Source: Octopus sinensis
Taxonomy: Eukaryota
Reading direction: 5' to 3'
Assembly (NCBI RefSeq): GCF_006345805.1
Contig: NC_043001.1
Location: 94,674,001-94,738,000, forward strand
DNA: 64,000 nt
Every line of letters begins with the position of its first letter. Position 1 is the stretch's first letter. This document shows, piece after piece, positions 25,601 through 41,480 of this stretch. The notes below the pieces were generated by a model that saw only the letters and a list, made by a program, of their open reading frames with translations, was not told the origin of the DNA and ran no database searches. A program made the translations under genes and the position numbers.

Positions 25601-26204
25601 ATAAACTTTCACGAACAGACACATACAAACATGCACGCACACACGAACACACACACGTACACAGAAAGAAACACATATACGCACACACATCACTAATGCT
25701 AATATATCAATCTAAATACAAGGATCATAACAGTTTAGTTTGCTACTAGCTGTCCAAGGGGAGTCAAGTTGGAGGAAATGAATGTTTCTAGGAAATATTA
25801 GCCATTGTTCATAATTTCTTAGGGTAAGCAAATAGGAAATATCACTTTGTACACAAGGACAAAATCGTATTACACAATGTAATCAATTATGAAACATTTA
25901 TAAATTTCAGGCGTGTAAGTTCTCTATTGTAGATGATAACTACAGCGAGGACATCATATGTAACGGGGACGGAATGTTAATTGGTTTCTATGAATGTTCA
26001 TGTAGTAATGCCTTTCATAAATTTGTAATGGTTCACAATATCTCGAAATATATAGTATATGAGTGGATATGAACAACAACAAATGATTGTTAGTTGGAAT
26101 CCGTTTTGAAATATAATTCCAATAGACACTCAGTTCAGCTTAAGTATAATAGCAAGGGCAGACATTCCTGACCTACCCAAATACTCCATGGCCACACTTT
26201 ATTA

Positions 26205-26566
26205 TCTCTCTATATATACACGGCAAAATGTATGTGTGCCTGTCCTTTATACAAATCCACAATTTTTCAGTTAGAGGGTTTGCACTTTCTATGGTCATTC
26301 GAAACCGTCCAAGGGTGGTCGTGCACATATTTATATTTCCCCAGTCACCACGCAAAGCCATTAACAAATCAATAGAAGTAACTTTTTTGTGAATTTTCTA
26401 TCCAAAACCCAATCAAGATGCCCAAACTTGATACGCCAATTGAGTGCCAGCTAGCTGTATGTGATTGGTCGGAGATTTGAACAGTACTCGTGTATATGTG
26501 CGCACCCTGTAACTGTATATGCATGCGCTAGCACAATGATCTTGCGTTGCCGGGTCACAGAGCTAG
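26205..26566 (+). mobile_element. Non-autonomous Helitron-like element
   Basis: Starts a|TCtctctatatata, ends gcgttgccgggtcacagagCTAG|t; A/T target, no TSD, GC-rich subterminal segment. Confidence 0.7.
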
Positions 26567-26950
26567 TTCATATTAAACATTGACCTCTGTGTACGTAAAT
26601 TTTACGCAGTTTATTGGAAATATACACGTGTACTGTCCAAATACATTGAGGAACTATAATACATAGAAGACATACAGATAGATAGAAGATTATAGACTAT
26701 GTATATATTACATAAAATACAAAGATTAATGTGCTACATATGTGTAGAAATAAACTGAGTCATAAAGATCATGTATATAAATAATATATCTGCGAACAAA
26801 CAATAACAGCTGCACAAACGAACACTATGTCCCAAAAGCACAGACATATGCACACTGACACCACATACACACACTAGCATACACGGACATAAATATGCAC
26901 GAACACAAACACACATGTATAAACACACAACATACATATGTACACACACA

Positions 26951-26990
<40 letters not shown>

Positions 26991-27139
26991 AAAGAGTATT
27001 TTTTTATTTTTCGTATAGTTTGCAAGAGGGAATTTTTTCCAGATCTGAAATCTATATATTTTTTAAGGATATACAAACACTTACATATTTAAATACATAC
27101 ATGCATTATTATAGATACTCATATGTGTGTATATATTTG

Positions 27140-27364
27140 TAAAGAAGGGGCGCTGAAAGATTCCTGGCTTTACGGCTATTGCGAAAGGCCGAGTTGGAGG
27201 CCAAAATATCCGAGTTCCTTTACAGGTCTCAAAAAAAATTGACGGACACCTGCAATAAGTGTGTGAACCCGATAGGGGAATATGTTGGATAGAATCCTAC
27301 TTCACTGTTCCTCCTGAATTTTCTTTTACTTAAGACTAGAAGCATTTCATCTGCCCGATCACGT
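27140..27364 (+). mobile_element. Mariner 3' terminal fragment
   Basis: AELEAKISEFLYRSQKKLTDTCNKCVNPIGEYVG* resembles the mariner C-terminus (EFY..GI.KL..R..KCV...GEYVE); ends at a TIR-like ..gcccgatcacgTA. Confidence 0.55.
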
Positions 27365-29550
<2,186 letters not shown>

Positions 29551-31769
29551 TAAGTTCGAAATGGCATGGGCCAATACTGGCCCAAACCTTTCTAAGTTAT
29601 TCTAAGTTATGTGCATATATATGTATATATATGTGTGTGTGTGTGTGTGTGTTTGTGTGTGTGCATGTATGTGAGAGATTTATTTGTGTATATATACTCT
29701 CACTCAGAGATTTCAGTATGTATATTTGGAGACGTATATTTTTCTATGCATGTGTGTATAATAGCATTCGGAGAAAGGAAGATAAACATAGAAATAAATT
29801 GATACATAGATCTATAGATAGACTGAGGAATCAGCAGAAATATAGATCGTGCATTAAGTACACTGATACTCGAGCATTTTCTTTTATCCAATGTTGCTGT
29901 TCGCTCAACAGATATGAGAAATCCTGGTAAATTGCAAATAATTAATACGAAGTAGTACGTTGAAGGTGTTTACATTTTGTGATTGCATGATTGATGAAAA
30001 TGAAAAAAATTCGAAATATATAGACATCTTCAATCAGCTGAGGACGAATGCTTAATATGTTCATTTATACATGGACAAAGCACGTGATACATTTATTTAT
30101 AATATCTTGCCATAATGCAGTTCTATACCTTCCGATAATACAGTTCCGAGTCGAGTGAAAATTAGAAAATATATAAAAGAGTGTTTTTTTTGTGAAAATC
30201 TTCTCTACTCACTGAAAGTATTTCTGAAGAAATTATTTCATTGTGAGTGTATCTTTCTGTATATTTGAACTGGATTTACGAAAAACGAGGTGTTTTATGA
30301 TATTGGTAAACGGAAATTATCCATCTTCAGTATATGCGGATAATCTTTTCCCTATTTTTTTTCGTTGCTTTTAAGAAAGAATCTATAATTAAATATATTT
30401 CAGTAAAAATTTTTGTGATACATAATTCGTTAATACAGTACATTTCTTAAGTGAGCGATACAGTCGTCATACAAGCCTCTTTCAAATTGTAGGTGTTTTG
30501 CATAGGTGAATTGGAAAAGAGACCTGTTCAATACTTAATGTTTTAGATTATTTCTATTAAGAGGTGTTCTATAAACCACCATAAACGTAATTTGTCACAC
30601 ATGTTTATTACATTAGATACACTAGAATCTGTACTTGATATACAAAAGTACACCATACTGCTCTTGTAAAAATTACCAGTACTTCTGTAAAATTTATAAA
30701 TAAGCATTCACTCACTGGAACAAAGAATTAAAAAGAGAATATTATCACAAAATAGTAAGTGTTGAAAAATATCAAGTTCATTATTGCGTTATTGAATAAG
30801 AATACCCTGCAAAACATTTCAACACTTAACTAAAACAAAATTGATATGCACCCTTTCTCCAGTATAAAAAATAGTAATAATGATCTTCCATAATAATAAT
30901 TTAATAACCCCGTATATTCTGTTAGAAATGTCACTGAAGCTTATATATTAAGGTTTAGTGAAAATTCGGTTTAAAAGATTATAGAAACAATACATAAATC
31001 TAAAGCTCATGCAAAGACGGTTTACCACGCTACCCTCAAAATTTATCTGGAGTTTAGTGAATAATAATATTAAGAATTATAAAATCTGGTTTTACGTTTT
31101 ATAACATACCTACCCTATATTAATATTTGTTGAATGTCTGAATAGTATGTTTTCCCGGAGAATGGTAACAACACTTCAGAAACATGTGCAATGTGCATCA
31201 AAGATATTTATGTTAGTGATTCTTGCAGGCAATAATATTGACATTTAGCAAGTAGAAATTTTGATATTTAGATATCTACAAGAATTCTAAAATTGTTGAT
31301 TGTCGCATAACGTCTCCATTGTATTTTGAATAAGGACACATTGGAAAAAAAAAAAAAACAGCCGGTTATTCCCCAGCTACAAAGTGGCGGTTTTACTGTT
31401 TTGCATTATTTCATGCCTTAGATAACAGAAACAAAAAATATCACTGAATTTTCCATCAAAATGTACGAATATATCAATAGCGTAATTCGGGGAAATTGAA
31501 TATGTCATTATGAGAACGATATTCTAACATGTTGTTGAAGTATAAATGCCTAGATTAATAATCTTTCGACATATTTTTGATATGGTATTTTTCTCAGCAT
31601 CACCTGTCAAGAGAATATTAAACATTTGACAATATAATACCCGGAGTACACTCACAAAACTAAAATTTACATATACATGAAAAAACGTGTATATATATGG
31701 GGGATGTCCGTGTGTGAATGTGTCATTAAATACATACATATATATATATATTATATATATGTATATATA

Positions 31770-31840
<71 letters not shown>

Positions 31841-32036
31841 TACATTTCGCATCCTTATTTAGGATCCCTTAATTATATTTCTACATGAATAATATTTTTC
31901 TATATGAATGGTATTTTGTCTAATGACTAATTCGTCTTTTGTGCTGAGCCACTGGTAGTAATCTATATTATTACCCTTTTTTATATATGTAAATATATAT
32001 ATATTATATTAAATTAGAGACAAAACCATTATTAGG

Positions 32037-32127
<91 letters not shown>

Positions 32128-33904
32128 TATTCAATTTAACTCTTTTTGTTCTGCAATAGATCTCAACAAAAAAGAAACTCTTGTGAAAAAAGATTAAGGT
32201 ATACACCAATTCTTTTTCTTCATATCTTCTAACGATTATCATCCCCCAGTTCGATTTTACACTGTATCATTTCCGCTAAAATACCAAACCTGTTAGTATT
32301 CAGTAATATTCACCTAAGCCTAAAGTTCGCTACTGTTATAGAAAAATTCAATCTCATTCAGAGTAGCTAGTTGCCCACTGCACTTTGCCTTTACGTCTCT
32401 TTAACTTGATAATAATTTACAATATGTAATATTGTATCAATACATTCCATATTTACAGAAATGAAAGACGATGTGTGTAAGCATTAGCAGAGAATAATCA
32501 GCAAAGATGAGTCTAGATACAAATGATATTTATTCCTCAAGCTGTAGACATAACGACAAGGACATACTTATTGGCTTCGCACTGGATTTTTAAAGAAATT
32601 CCATGAGCATCAAAGACTCCTAAATCTATGCCCTAAATACTTACAATCCCAAATATTCAAAACCGATAAAGAAATTGTTTTTAAATCTTTTGATACGTTC
32701 TTCGGTGATTTAGTACAGACATTCCTCCTTTATATGTTTAATGCTTTCTGAAAATTCTTTAGCGCGTGTTCCAGCAATAAATCTTTCCGCAAATATACAA
32801 CTCGTATGTATTAGTACAGGTCAGCTCATCTTCTCTACTTTCTTCCCATAAAAGTTCATATAAATACACGGTTGCGTATAGCTATGTGATGATAGCCATT
32901 TTATATAATGTTATTTACTGCAATGTAACCTGGAATCGGGACTAGTGATTTTTTCGAATTTTACGCATAATATAACATGTTTATCACAAAAAAAAAAAAC
33001 CTGTACTTCGTCTTTTATTTATAAGGCAGCTTCAGAATAAATTTCACATCTTAAACCCAAATAAACTTATATCAGTATCCGAAGTAAAAATACGACTTAG
33101 TTTACACAGTTACTCTACCAGCAAACCTGTGGATAGGAATTACTAATAATACGTAATAATTTGACTACCACTATTTATAGAGTAAGAAGATTATATAGAT
33201 ATCAACTTTAACTTTAGCGAATCTTTCCCAATAATTACTGATATGATTTTGATCCATGCATTCATTCATTACGACCTTTTGAATGCACGCTATTCTCTCC
33301 GTAATTACCTACTTTATTCAACGATGAGGGCCAAGTTGGGGAGATATTTAAATCTTATACATCATATACCTTATAATCAATATATTATAAATATTGAAGT
33401 ACATTGGCTTTCATAAGATTTGCGCTACGTGACAAGTGGCCGAACTGGATGTATGTTCCTGTTTTAAGAATCAGAATGGTTAATTTTCCATTATTTAAAC
33501 AATATGAATTAGGTAATTAATTGCATGTATGGCTTATGCTACGTATGTTGGGTCAAATAGCGCGAGAAATTATTACATTTCATGCCAAATGGTTTCCAAC
33601 ATGAAAAAATTAGAACACACAGGAACACAGTCACTAATGCGTGCGTACGTACACACATATGCACATACACATATATATGTATAACAAGACGAAACTTCCT
33701 TTGTTTATGAATAAAACATATGTACTTTAGTGAGTGCTACTGATTAACGATTGTTTGGTATACAAACCTTAAAAGTTGAAAATATGAAATATTTTCCATA
33801 CGAATTCATTAATGAAATATTTGCTCAGATGATCGTTTCTACCATTGTATAAAGAACTTATTTTTATTTGGGCTAATCTAATAGACCTCAATGAATACAA
33901 TACT

Positions 33905-34317
33905 TATTTATTCATTGCCCACAACGGGCTGCATACAGAGAGGATAAATAAGGACAGAAAAACGGATTAAGTCGATTATATCAACCCCGGTGGTAACTAG
34001 TACTTATTTAATCGACCCCGAAAAGATGAAAGGCAAAGTCGACCTCGGTGGAATTTGAACTCAGAACGTAGTGACAGACGAAATACCTATTTCTTTACTA
34101 CCCACGAGGGGCTAAACACAGAGAGGACAAACAAGGACAGACAAACGGATTAAGTCGATTATATCGACCCCAGTGCGTAACTGGTACTTATTTAATCGAC
34201 CCCGAAAGGATGAAAGGCAAAGTCGATCTCGGCGAAATTTGAACTCAGAACGTAGCGGCAGACGAAATACCGTTAAGCATTTCGCCCGGCGTGCTTAACG
34301 TTTCTGCCAGCTCACCT
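33905..34317 (-). mobile_element. SINE family B dimer (full copy plus head-truncated copy)
   Basis: Two tandem bodies joined at cagacgaaatac|ctatttctttactacccac (near 34086). Confidence 0.9.
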
Positions 34318-34868
34318 ACTTCAATGAATACAATGCTATGTTACTGTTTGAATTATTTATGTTACAAATTGACACGGTAGCTTACTTTTCAAGCGCTTTT
34401 GAGAGACGCTTAAGTAACTTCACTTTCTGGTAAAATGTAGAGACTGTACAACATATATCGAATGTTTTCATCGCTAATATCAAAAATCAATTTTGAATGC
34501 ACACAGAACCACAAACCCATGTAGGTAGTAAACAATCGTTTATGTAAACAAATACACTTGGGCATACACACAAACATACGTACATAACTACATATATACA
34601 TGTCTATGTAAATGTGCATATGCGTGAGTGTATGTGTGTGCGTGTATGGGTGCATAAAAAATAAGTTAAATAACGGTTCATTCACTACACCTTTTTCCAC
34701 TGAATTTTTAAATTTACGACCACATATACTACATCATTTGAAAGCAAACTGTTTTCATCAGGCGAATATATACGAAATTCTTCCAAAAGTCACCAGATTG
34801 TGGCACTTCATGATTCACAGACAGAAAATATTAAAAAAAATAATGACTTCGTTATATATATGTATGTA

Positions 34869-34920
<52 letters not shown>

Positions 34921-34964
34921 CATCCATACATACATATATATATATATAAATACATATATATATA

Positions 34965-35055
<91 letters not shown>

Positions 35056-35829
35056 GTTAGTTATTCATTTACTTACATACATACATATATACATAAAATA
35101 CATACATACCTTCATAGGCACATAAATATGTTTGCGTGCATTTGTGTAAAGAGGAAAAGACACGCAAAGGTATAATTATGCATACATACATATTCATAAA
35201 TGCAAGCATTTACGTCTTAAAATAAGAGTAACCTAAATCTACATATATTCTTTAAAAAAATCGAGGCAGATAAGTCAATCTTAACTGAAATATGATGGCT
35301 TTGCACTGTATGTTCAAAAACCGCATATCAGTAATTGATCAACACGTATGATCAAGTTTACTGAAGAACAACTATCATGTGACTGGATAACTATCAATTT
35401 ATCCAATTACAATCAAAGATATATTTTTAGTTGGAATGCAAATTAATGTATAAGTAAAATTAGCTGCTTGTACGTATTACTTTTTTCTCTATATATTGAC
35501 AAAAATCTACATTAATTTCACAATAGTAATCTGTCTCTCACTTTATAATTTTATACATGTGCACATACATACACAGAGTGAATCCAGGTGTATGCAGCTA
35601 CGTACATATAATATGTAATCTGTACCTACTCTCACTAGGCCAGTTAGTGGAATATGTTTCCTAACATATAATGTATTATAGATATGCTATTCTATGAACA
35701 AAATAAATAGTACCTCTTTCTAGATCGCCCAGCGAGAGAGCTTGACACATTCCGGCATCATTTGGGCCTCCTCAGTGGTGCGTACACCCGACAGGCCACA
35801 TATTTATCGCGTTCGATGTATTTCCTTTT

Positions 35830-36044
35830 ATTCTCTAAGTTTCTTAAGTAATTTTGACTTTGGCTATGCTGGAGCACCACATTTTAGTCGAAAAAATCTA
35901 CCCCTGGACTTAATCTTTTTAAGCCTGGCATATCCTCTCCGGCTCTTTGTCGAACCGCGAAGCTATGAGGACGTACACAAACTAACATCGTTACTTTATC
36001 GATGGGGAAGGGACAAACACAGACACAAACACGCACATACACAC

Positions 36045-36081
<37 letters not shown>

Positions 36082-36265
36082 GAGAGAGAGAGAGAGAGAG
36101 AGAAACAGACAGACAGAAAGAGAGAGAGCGAATGATAGATAGATATACGTCGTATTTTCATTTCCGTCTACCAAACCCACTCACAAGGCTTTGATCGGCC
36201 CTAGGCTAGAGTAGAAAATGCAGCACAGCAGTCTGAACCCCGAACTATGTGGTTGAGAAGGAACC
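35830..36265 (-). mobile_element. SINE family A
   Basis: ggctatgctggagcaccac..ttagtcga..ccactcacaaggctttgatcggcc. Confidence 0.85.
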
Positions 36266-36949
36266 TTCCTATTCTAGTTATTCAAACATTGTTCTTCGGT
36301 GTTTAGAGGGCACATTCTTCCGTATATTCTAAATTGCTCTGCAGGAAACAGTTCACAATTTATATACTTGCCATTGAGTACGACCCTCTCCTACGTAATA
36401 AACTTGTCTTCAAATCAGCGAAAGAGACTTTTACAGCACCCTCAGTATCTAATAATTACTTTGTGTATCTCTTCTGACATCTTACTGCTTTCACTATATG
36501 TTCGTTTTATAAACATATTGCACAATGTCATCTGAGATATGCGATAATCGAAACGACTGTATGCGACGTTTGATTTTATATAGTTTTTGTACTCAACTGA
36601 ATATACTGCATATAGAAAATTAGGGGCAAATACTTTAGTGTTACTCATTATGTTCCATGTGGTATAAGATGTAGCGTTGCAGTTATATATAACGAGAAAA
36701 TGTATATTAATGCCAAAAGTCGAAGTAAGAACCACAAACCTTGCAAAGTGAAGTTAAATTTACAGTTCTATAGAAAATAAAATGAATATCCAACAAAAGG
36801 CATGTGAATGAAGTTATATTAAACTTGACTGCTAAACAGCTAAAACATATTCGTGCATGCTTTAAATAAACAATAATGTTATACGATCAGTAATAATATG
36901 TTTGCAATGCTGAATAGAGATAAAAAGTAGTATTTCGTTTCTATTATGT

Positions 36950-37528
36950 TTTTCTACTGTAGGCACAAGGCCCGAAATTTCGTGGGGAGGAGGCCAGTCG
37001 ATTAGATCGACTACAGTACGCAAATGATATTTAATTTATCGACCCCGGAAGGATGGAAGGCAAAGTCGACCTCGGCGGAATTTGAATTCAGAAAATACAG
37101 AAGAAATACCTTTTTCTTTGCTACCCACGCGGGGCTAAACACAGTGAGGACAAACAAGGAGAGACAAACAGATTAAATCGATTATATCGACCCCAGTGCA
37201 TAACTAGTACTTAATTTATCGACCCCAAAAGGATGAAAGACAAAGTCCACCTCGGCGGAATTTAAACTTAGAACGTAGCGACAGGCGAAATACCTATTTC
37301 TTTACTACACACATGGAGTTAAACACAGAGAGGACAAACAAGGACAGGCAAACAGATTGAGTCGATTCTATCGATCCCAGTGCGTAACTGGTACTTAATT
37401 TAATTGACCCCGAAAGGATGAAAGGCAAAGTCGACCTCGGTGGAATTTGAACTCAGAACGTAACGGCAGACGAAATACTGCTAAGCATTTCGCCCGGGGT
37501 GCTAACGTTTCTGCCAGCTCGCCGCCTT
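36950..37528 (-). mobile_element. SINE family B trimer
   Basis: Three bodies containing gaccccgaaaggatgaaaggcaaagtcgacctcgg; both junctions at gaaatac|ct.tttcttt. Confidence 0.9.
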
Positions 37529-37679
37529 ATTCTGTGTCTATTTCTGATACATTACTCTGTAACTGAATCAAAATATATTCGAAATCATATGCTTTTTCTA
37601 AAAACATACGAAATTATTGAGTTTACATAAGCAAAGTTTACTAATTTTGACATAACAATATATTTTAGGAAATTTAAGG

Positions 37680-37850
37680 AGCTGAGCTTACAGAATCGTT
37701 AGCAAGCCAGACAAAATGCTTAGCCTCACTTCGTCCGTACTTACGCTCTGAGTTCAAATTCTGACGAGGTCGTTTTTGTCTTTCATCCTCTCAGAATCGA
37801 TGAAATAATTACCAGTTACGCCCTGGCATCTTTCTCCCAAAATTTCGGGC
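37680..37850 (+). mobile_element. SINE family B, decayed, inverted relative to the trimer
   Basis: agaatcgttagcaagccagacaaaatgcttagc..ctgagttcaaattctgacgaggtcg. Confidence 0.75.
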
Positions 37851-38250
37851 CGTATTTCTATAAAAGACTGGAAAAATATACGGACAAAAAATTGAAGTAC
37901 GGTCACCGATCAATGATTAATAATATAGTTTACATGAATTCCGTACATTATACCCTATATTGAAGATTTATTGTAAAATCCATGGATATACCTAGTTATC
38001 TTTCTCCACGACTAGAATTGCATATATTCATGCTTTTCTTAAAATCGGGCATTTTCAAAACGAGAGACTATGTAAGTCATCCTTCGAGTTACCATGGACA
38101 GAGCAACTGGAAAACAAGTACACATCGGATTTGGTAGTGACAAGTGTACTGTACACCGAAAACACCGTTAGTATGGACGATGATTGGTTAGAAACAGTGT
38201 AGTTCAAAGCAAAGAAGTGATTAATAAAACAAAGTATGATTTGCATTCGT

Positions 38251-38548
38251 GGAGGTGCAATAGCTCAGTGGTTTTGGCAGCGGTCTCACCGTCGGAGGAT
38301 CGCGGTTTCGATTCCCAGACCGGGCGTTGTGTGTGTTTATTGAGCGAAAACACCTAAAAGCTCCACGAGGCTCCGGCAAGGGGTGGTGAGGACCCCTGTT
38401 GTACTGTTTCGCCACAACATTCTCTCGCTCTCTCTTACTGTTTCTTGAGTAAAGCTACGATGGACTGGCATCCCGTCCACCTGGGAGGAACAGATACACC
38501 ACAGAAATCGGGAAACCGGGCCCATGAGCCTGGCTAGGCTTGAAAAAG
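38251..38548 (+). mobile_element. SINE family C (V-SINE-like), second subfamily
   Basis: ggaggtgcaatagctcagtggtt..ggtttcgattcc head; gcgatggactggcatcccgtcca core; gggaaaccgggcccatgagcc tail. Confidence 0.85.
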
Positions 38549-39872
38549 TTGACGTTTATCGTTTATCATTATTATTTGAATTCAGGTTTTGGAAAAAATA
38601 CCAAATACATGAAATTGTCGAAGGAAAATTACTAGTTATCATTTGAAAAAAATTGGAATCTAGCAGTCACTAGATATCATGGATCACATTACGTTAGATT
38701 AACTCATTGTGCTGCAGTAACACTGTTTCATTTGAATGGCATTAGTATAGTATTAACAATGACACACAACATTCCCACATATGTCGAAGTGTGTTTGTAC
38801 GTGTACATGTGTGTGTGTGTTTATGTCTGAATGTATATATGCATGTATGAAATAGATTTAGGGGTGCATGAATTTTAAACATAAATTTATGTCAATGAGA
38901 AAATATATTCTTGTAGACATAGTCCTTTTTATTACACGTTTTCTCTTTTCAATATATTTTTATTTACTTCTAATATATGAATTTATAAAAACATCGTTTG
39001 AGAGAAAATTTAAGTATGTAATGAGAGAGAAAATAAACTTCATATCTACTGGCAATATTCATCAGTTTATACATTACGCATATATCTTAATATGATTCTG
39101 TGAATTAATCTAACTGCAAGCGTATACGTAATAAATTTTATAAAACTTATCTTATATATTAACCAACAAACTTATAGTTACATAGACATTGATTTATTAT
39201 ATACAAATATCCAGAATATGTGGGTATGTTAACGCCAATATTTAAACTGATGAAAAGTATAAGAATTTAGTTAACTGAGATAATGTGAGAATTCAGGAAA
39301 AAAGTTTTGAATCTCTGTCTTTCTACGAGAGTTTAGCAAATAGTTTAAAGTTATTACCCTAGTAGCAAAATCCTGAAACTTTATATTCTTCACTAGTAAC
39401 GGTAAATTAATATACAGAAAATATCTACCGACTCTTTTATCTTTAACATGTAGTGAATTGAATTTCTTAAGCATTCTACTGCTTTTGACATAACCTGTGG
39501 GAAGAAGATCAGATAATTGAATTGTGTGACTTTACAGATTGCTGTTGTTTGCAGAAGTTTATATAATAAATTGCATCAGACTTTGTATATTGTTGGTAAT
39601 ATTATCGATCGCTGATCGATAGAGAACAAAGTTTAGCGTGGAACCTAAGATGTTAGGATAAACGTTGAAGAAATTATGTCTTGTAATGTTATTAATATTA
39701 CGGTACACATTCTACAAGTTTTCTCACAAATTTAAATTAAAATTCACTTACATCGCGGCATGCACAGATATTTGTGGCCGAAAACTTTACGTGGTCTGTT
39801 GTCTTTTACATAGAAATAATTTATTCTTGTTTGACAAATTATAATAAGCCCTTTGGAAAGAGATGTGACACA

Positions 39873-39910
39873 ATGGATACACGGGATATATATAAATCCC
39901 GTGTATCCAT
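39873..39910. repeat. Perfect 15-bp inverted repeat with 8-nt loop
   Basis: atggatacacgggat-atatataa-atcccgtgtatccat. Confidence 0.95.
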
Positions 39911-40701
39911 ATATATAAAGCCATAATATATATATTTTAACGAACATACCTACTAACTACTATATTGTTTAAAAAATATTGTGACACGTGATGGCACATT
40001 CAGATATTACTTGCTAATTACAGATAGAACATCTAATTGACTCATAGATGATGCCCCCCCTTTAAATTTCAAAACCTGTTCTTTTCCATTTTATAAAAAT
40101 ATATAGGTGCCATAAAATAAGAATGGATATATGTAGCATCAATATAATTATTAAGAGGAGGATTAAAGGGGAATATTACGAATCAAGTACTTGAACTGAT
40201 TGATGCAAATGCAGGACTTAAATATTTCATTGAAATGCAGTAAGATATTTGTCATTCATAATAGAGTGGTAATAATTACGATGATAATTTAACGATAAAG
40301 TTTGTAATTATTATACTCTTTGTTTATTTTGGTGTTCTATAGAGGATATTCCTATTTCGCATTCCTTTCAGCTTTTTCAATAATAATACTTTGATATCGA
40401 TTGATTTTTTAGCTAAGTGAATGTATGTATGTGTATATAGACATACATACACACATGCATACATACATTCATACATACATTTATATATATATATATATAT
40501 ATAAATGGATGATTGAATTATCCTTTGTTTACAGTTAACATGGAAAATTCAATAAACAGTTATCAGGGTAGAAAATTTCCCGCAAGTAACAAGGGTGTAG
40601 CGACCTATTCAAAGGTAGAATCTCCGGGGTTGATGTGCAGTAATTTGTATAGTATTATTAAATAAATGGAGTTGAACGCAGGTGTTATTCAAATTCCTAT
40701 A

Positions 40702-40787
40702 CCTTCGACGTATGTTTCGAAGACAACATTGGTTTTATTCCAAAGGAATAAACGGTGTAAAATAATGTAATCTTCTCATCAGGAAAG
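40702..40787 (-). ncRNA. Type I hammerhead ribozyme motif with extended stem II (PLE-associated)
   Basis: ctttc-CTGATGA-gaagat..(long loop)..gtcttc-GAAAC-atac-GTC-gaagg: all core nucleotides canonical, stem I 5 bp, stem II 11 of 12 pairs plus a terminal 8-bp hairpin, stem III 2 bp. Confidence 0.75.
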
Positions 40788-40799
40788 AAAGAGAACCTA

Positions 40800-41460
40800 T
40801 CTCAAGAACAAGACATTATAAACATTTTGCTGACTGCATAAATGATAAACAGGACGCTATTAAGTATTTAAAAAAAACGTTAGTAGATCTAACGTCAAAG
40901 GCAGACAGTAGCAAGAGAAGGGGTATAGAACTAATAAGTAGAGAACAAATAAAGAGGGATATATTGGTAGAAAAAAAATGTTCAAAATCTTGGAAGTAGA
41001 TTTCTCTATTGAAGTAAACTGTAAAGTGAACTAAATGTTCAAACTATACAGACTGGTATAAATCACTTATATGAGCTAAAGGTATGTTTCTGTCATTACT
41101 TACATTTGTAAGATCGCTCTATAAGTGTGTTAACAAGGTGATTTTAGAGAAGAGAATATGGAAGAGTTCAGAGTTGCAAATGTTACAAAATCATTTGCCC
41201 TTGTCATAAGGGAAAGAGATGGATAGGATGAACCAATCTAACTTAAAATCCTTATTGTTGTTTTTAAGATACCAAACCAATTCAATGCCGTGAATGGAAC
41301 TTGCTGTTTCTTATTGACTAATTATGGTATTGAATATTTCTGAAAGAAGAATGAGTTGCCTGTATATGCAATGAAGTGTATCTACGAGACGTGTTCATGC
41401 AAAACTGGAAGGCAAGATTTAGAGGATTAGAACAGCATAATTTCTGCATCAGTTACTAGC
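40800..41460 (+). mobile_element. Possible decayed Penelope-like RT region
   Basis: KADSSKRRGIELISREQ resembles the PLE pre-RT KADKG..VV...R..Y motif; the rest is heavily broken. Confidence 0.3.
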
Positions 41461-41480
41461 CTAATGCATATCTCTACACA

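Noticed and set aside
32645-32747. Minus-strand segment with ttttcag acceptor and gtaagt donor
   Set aside because: All three frames contain stops; at most a non-coding exon, with no support.
36525-36570. ctgagata..gaaac-gact-gta motif
   Set aside because: No CTGANGA and no stem II.
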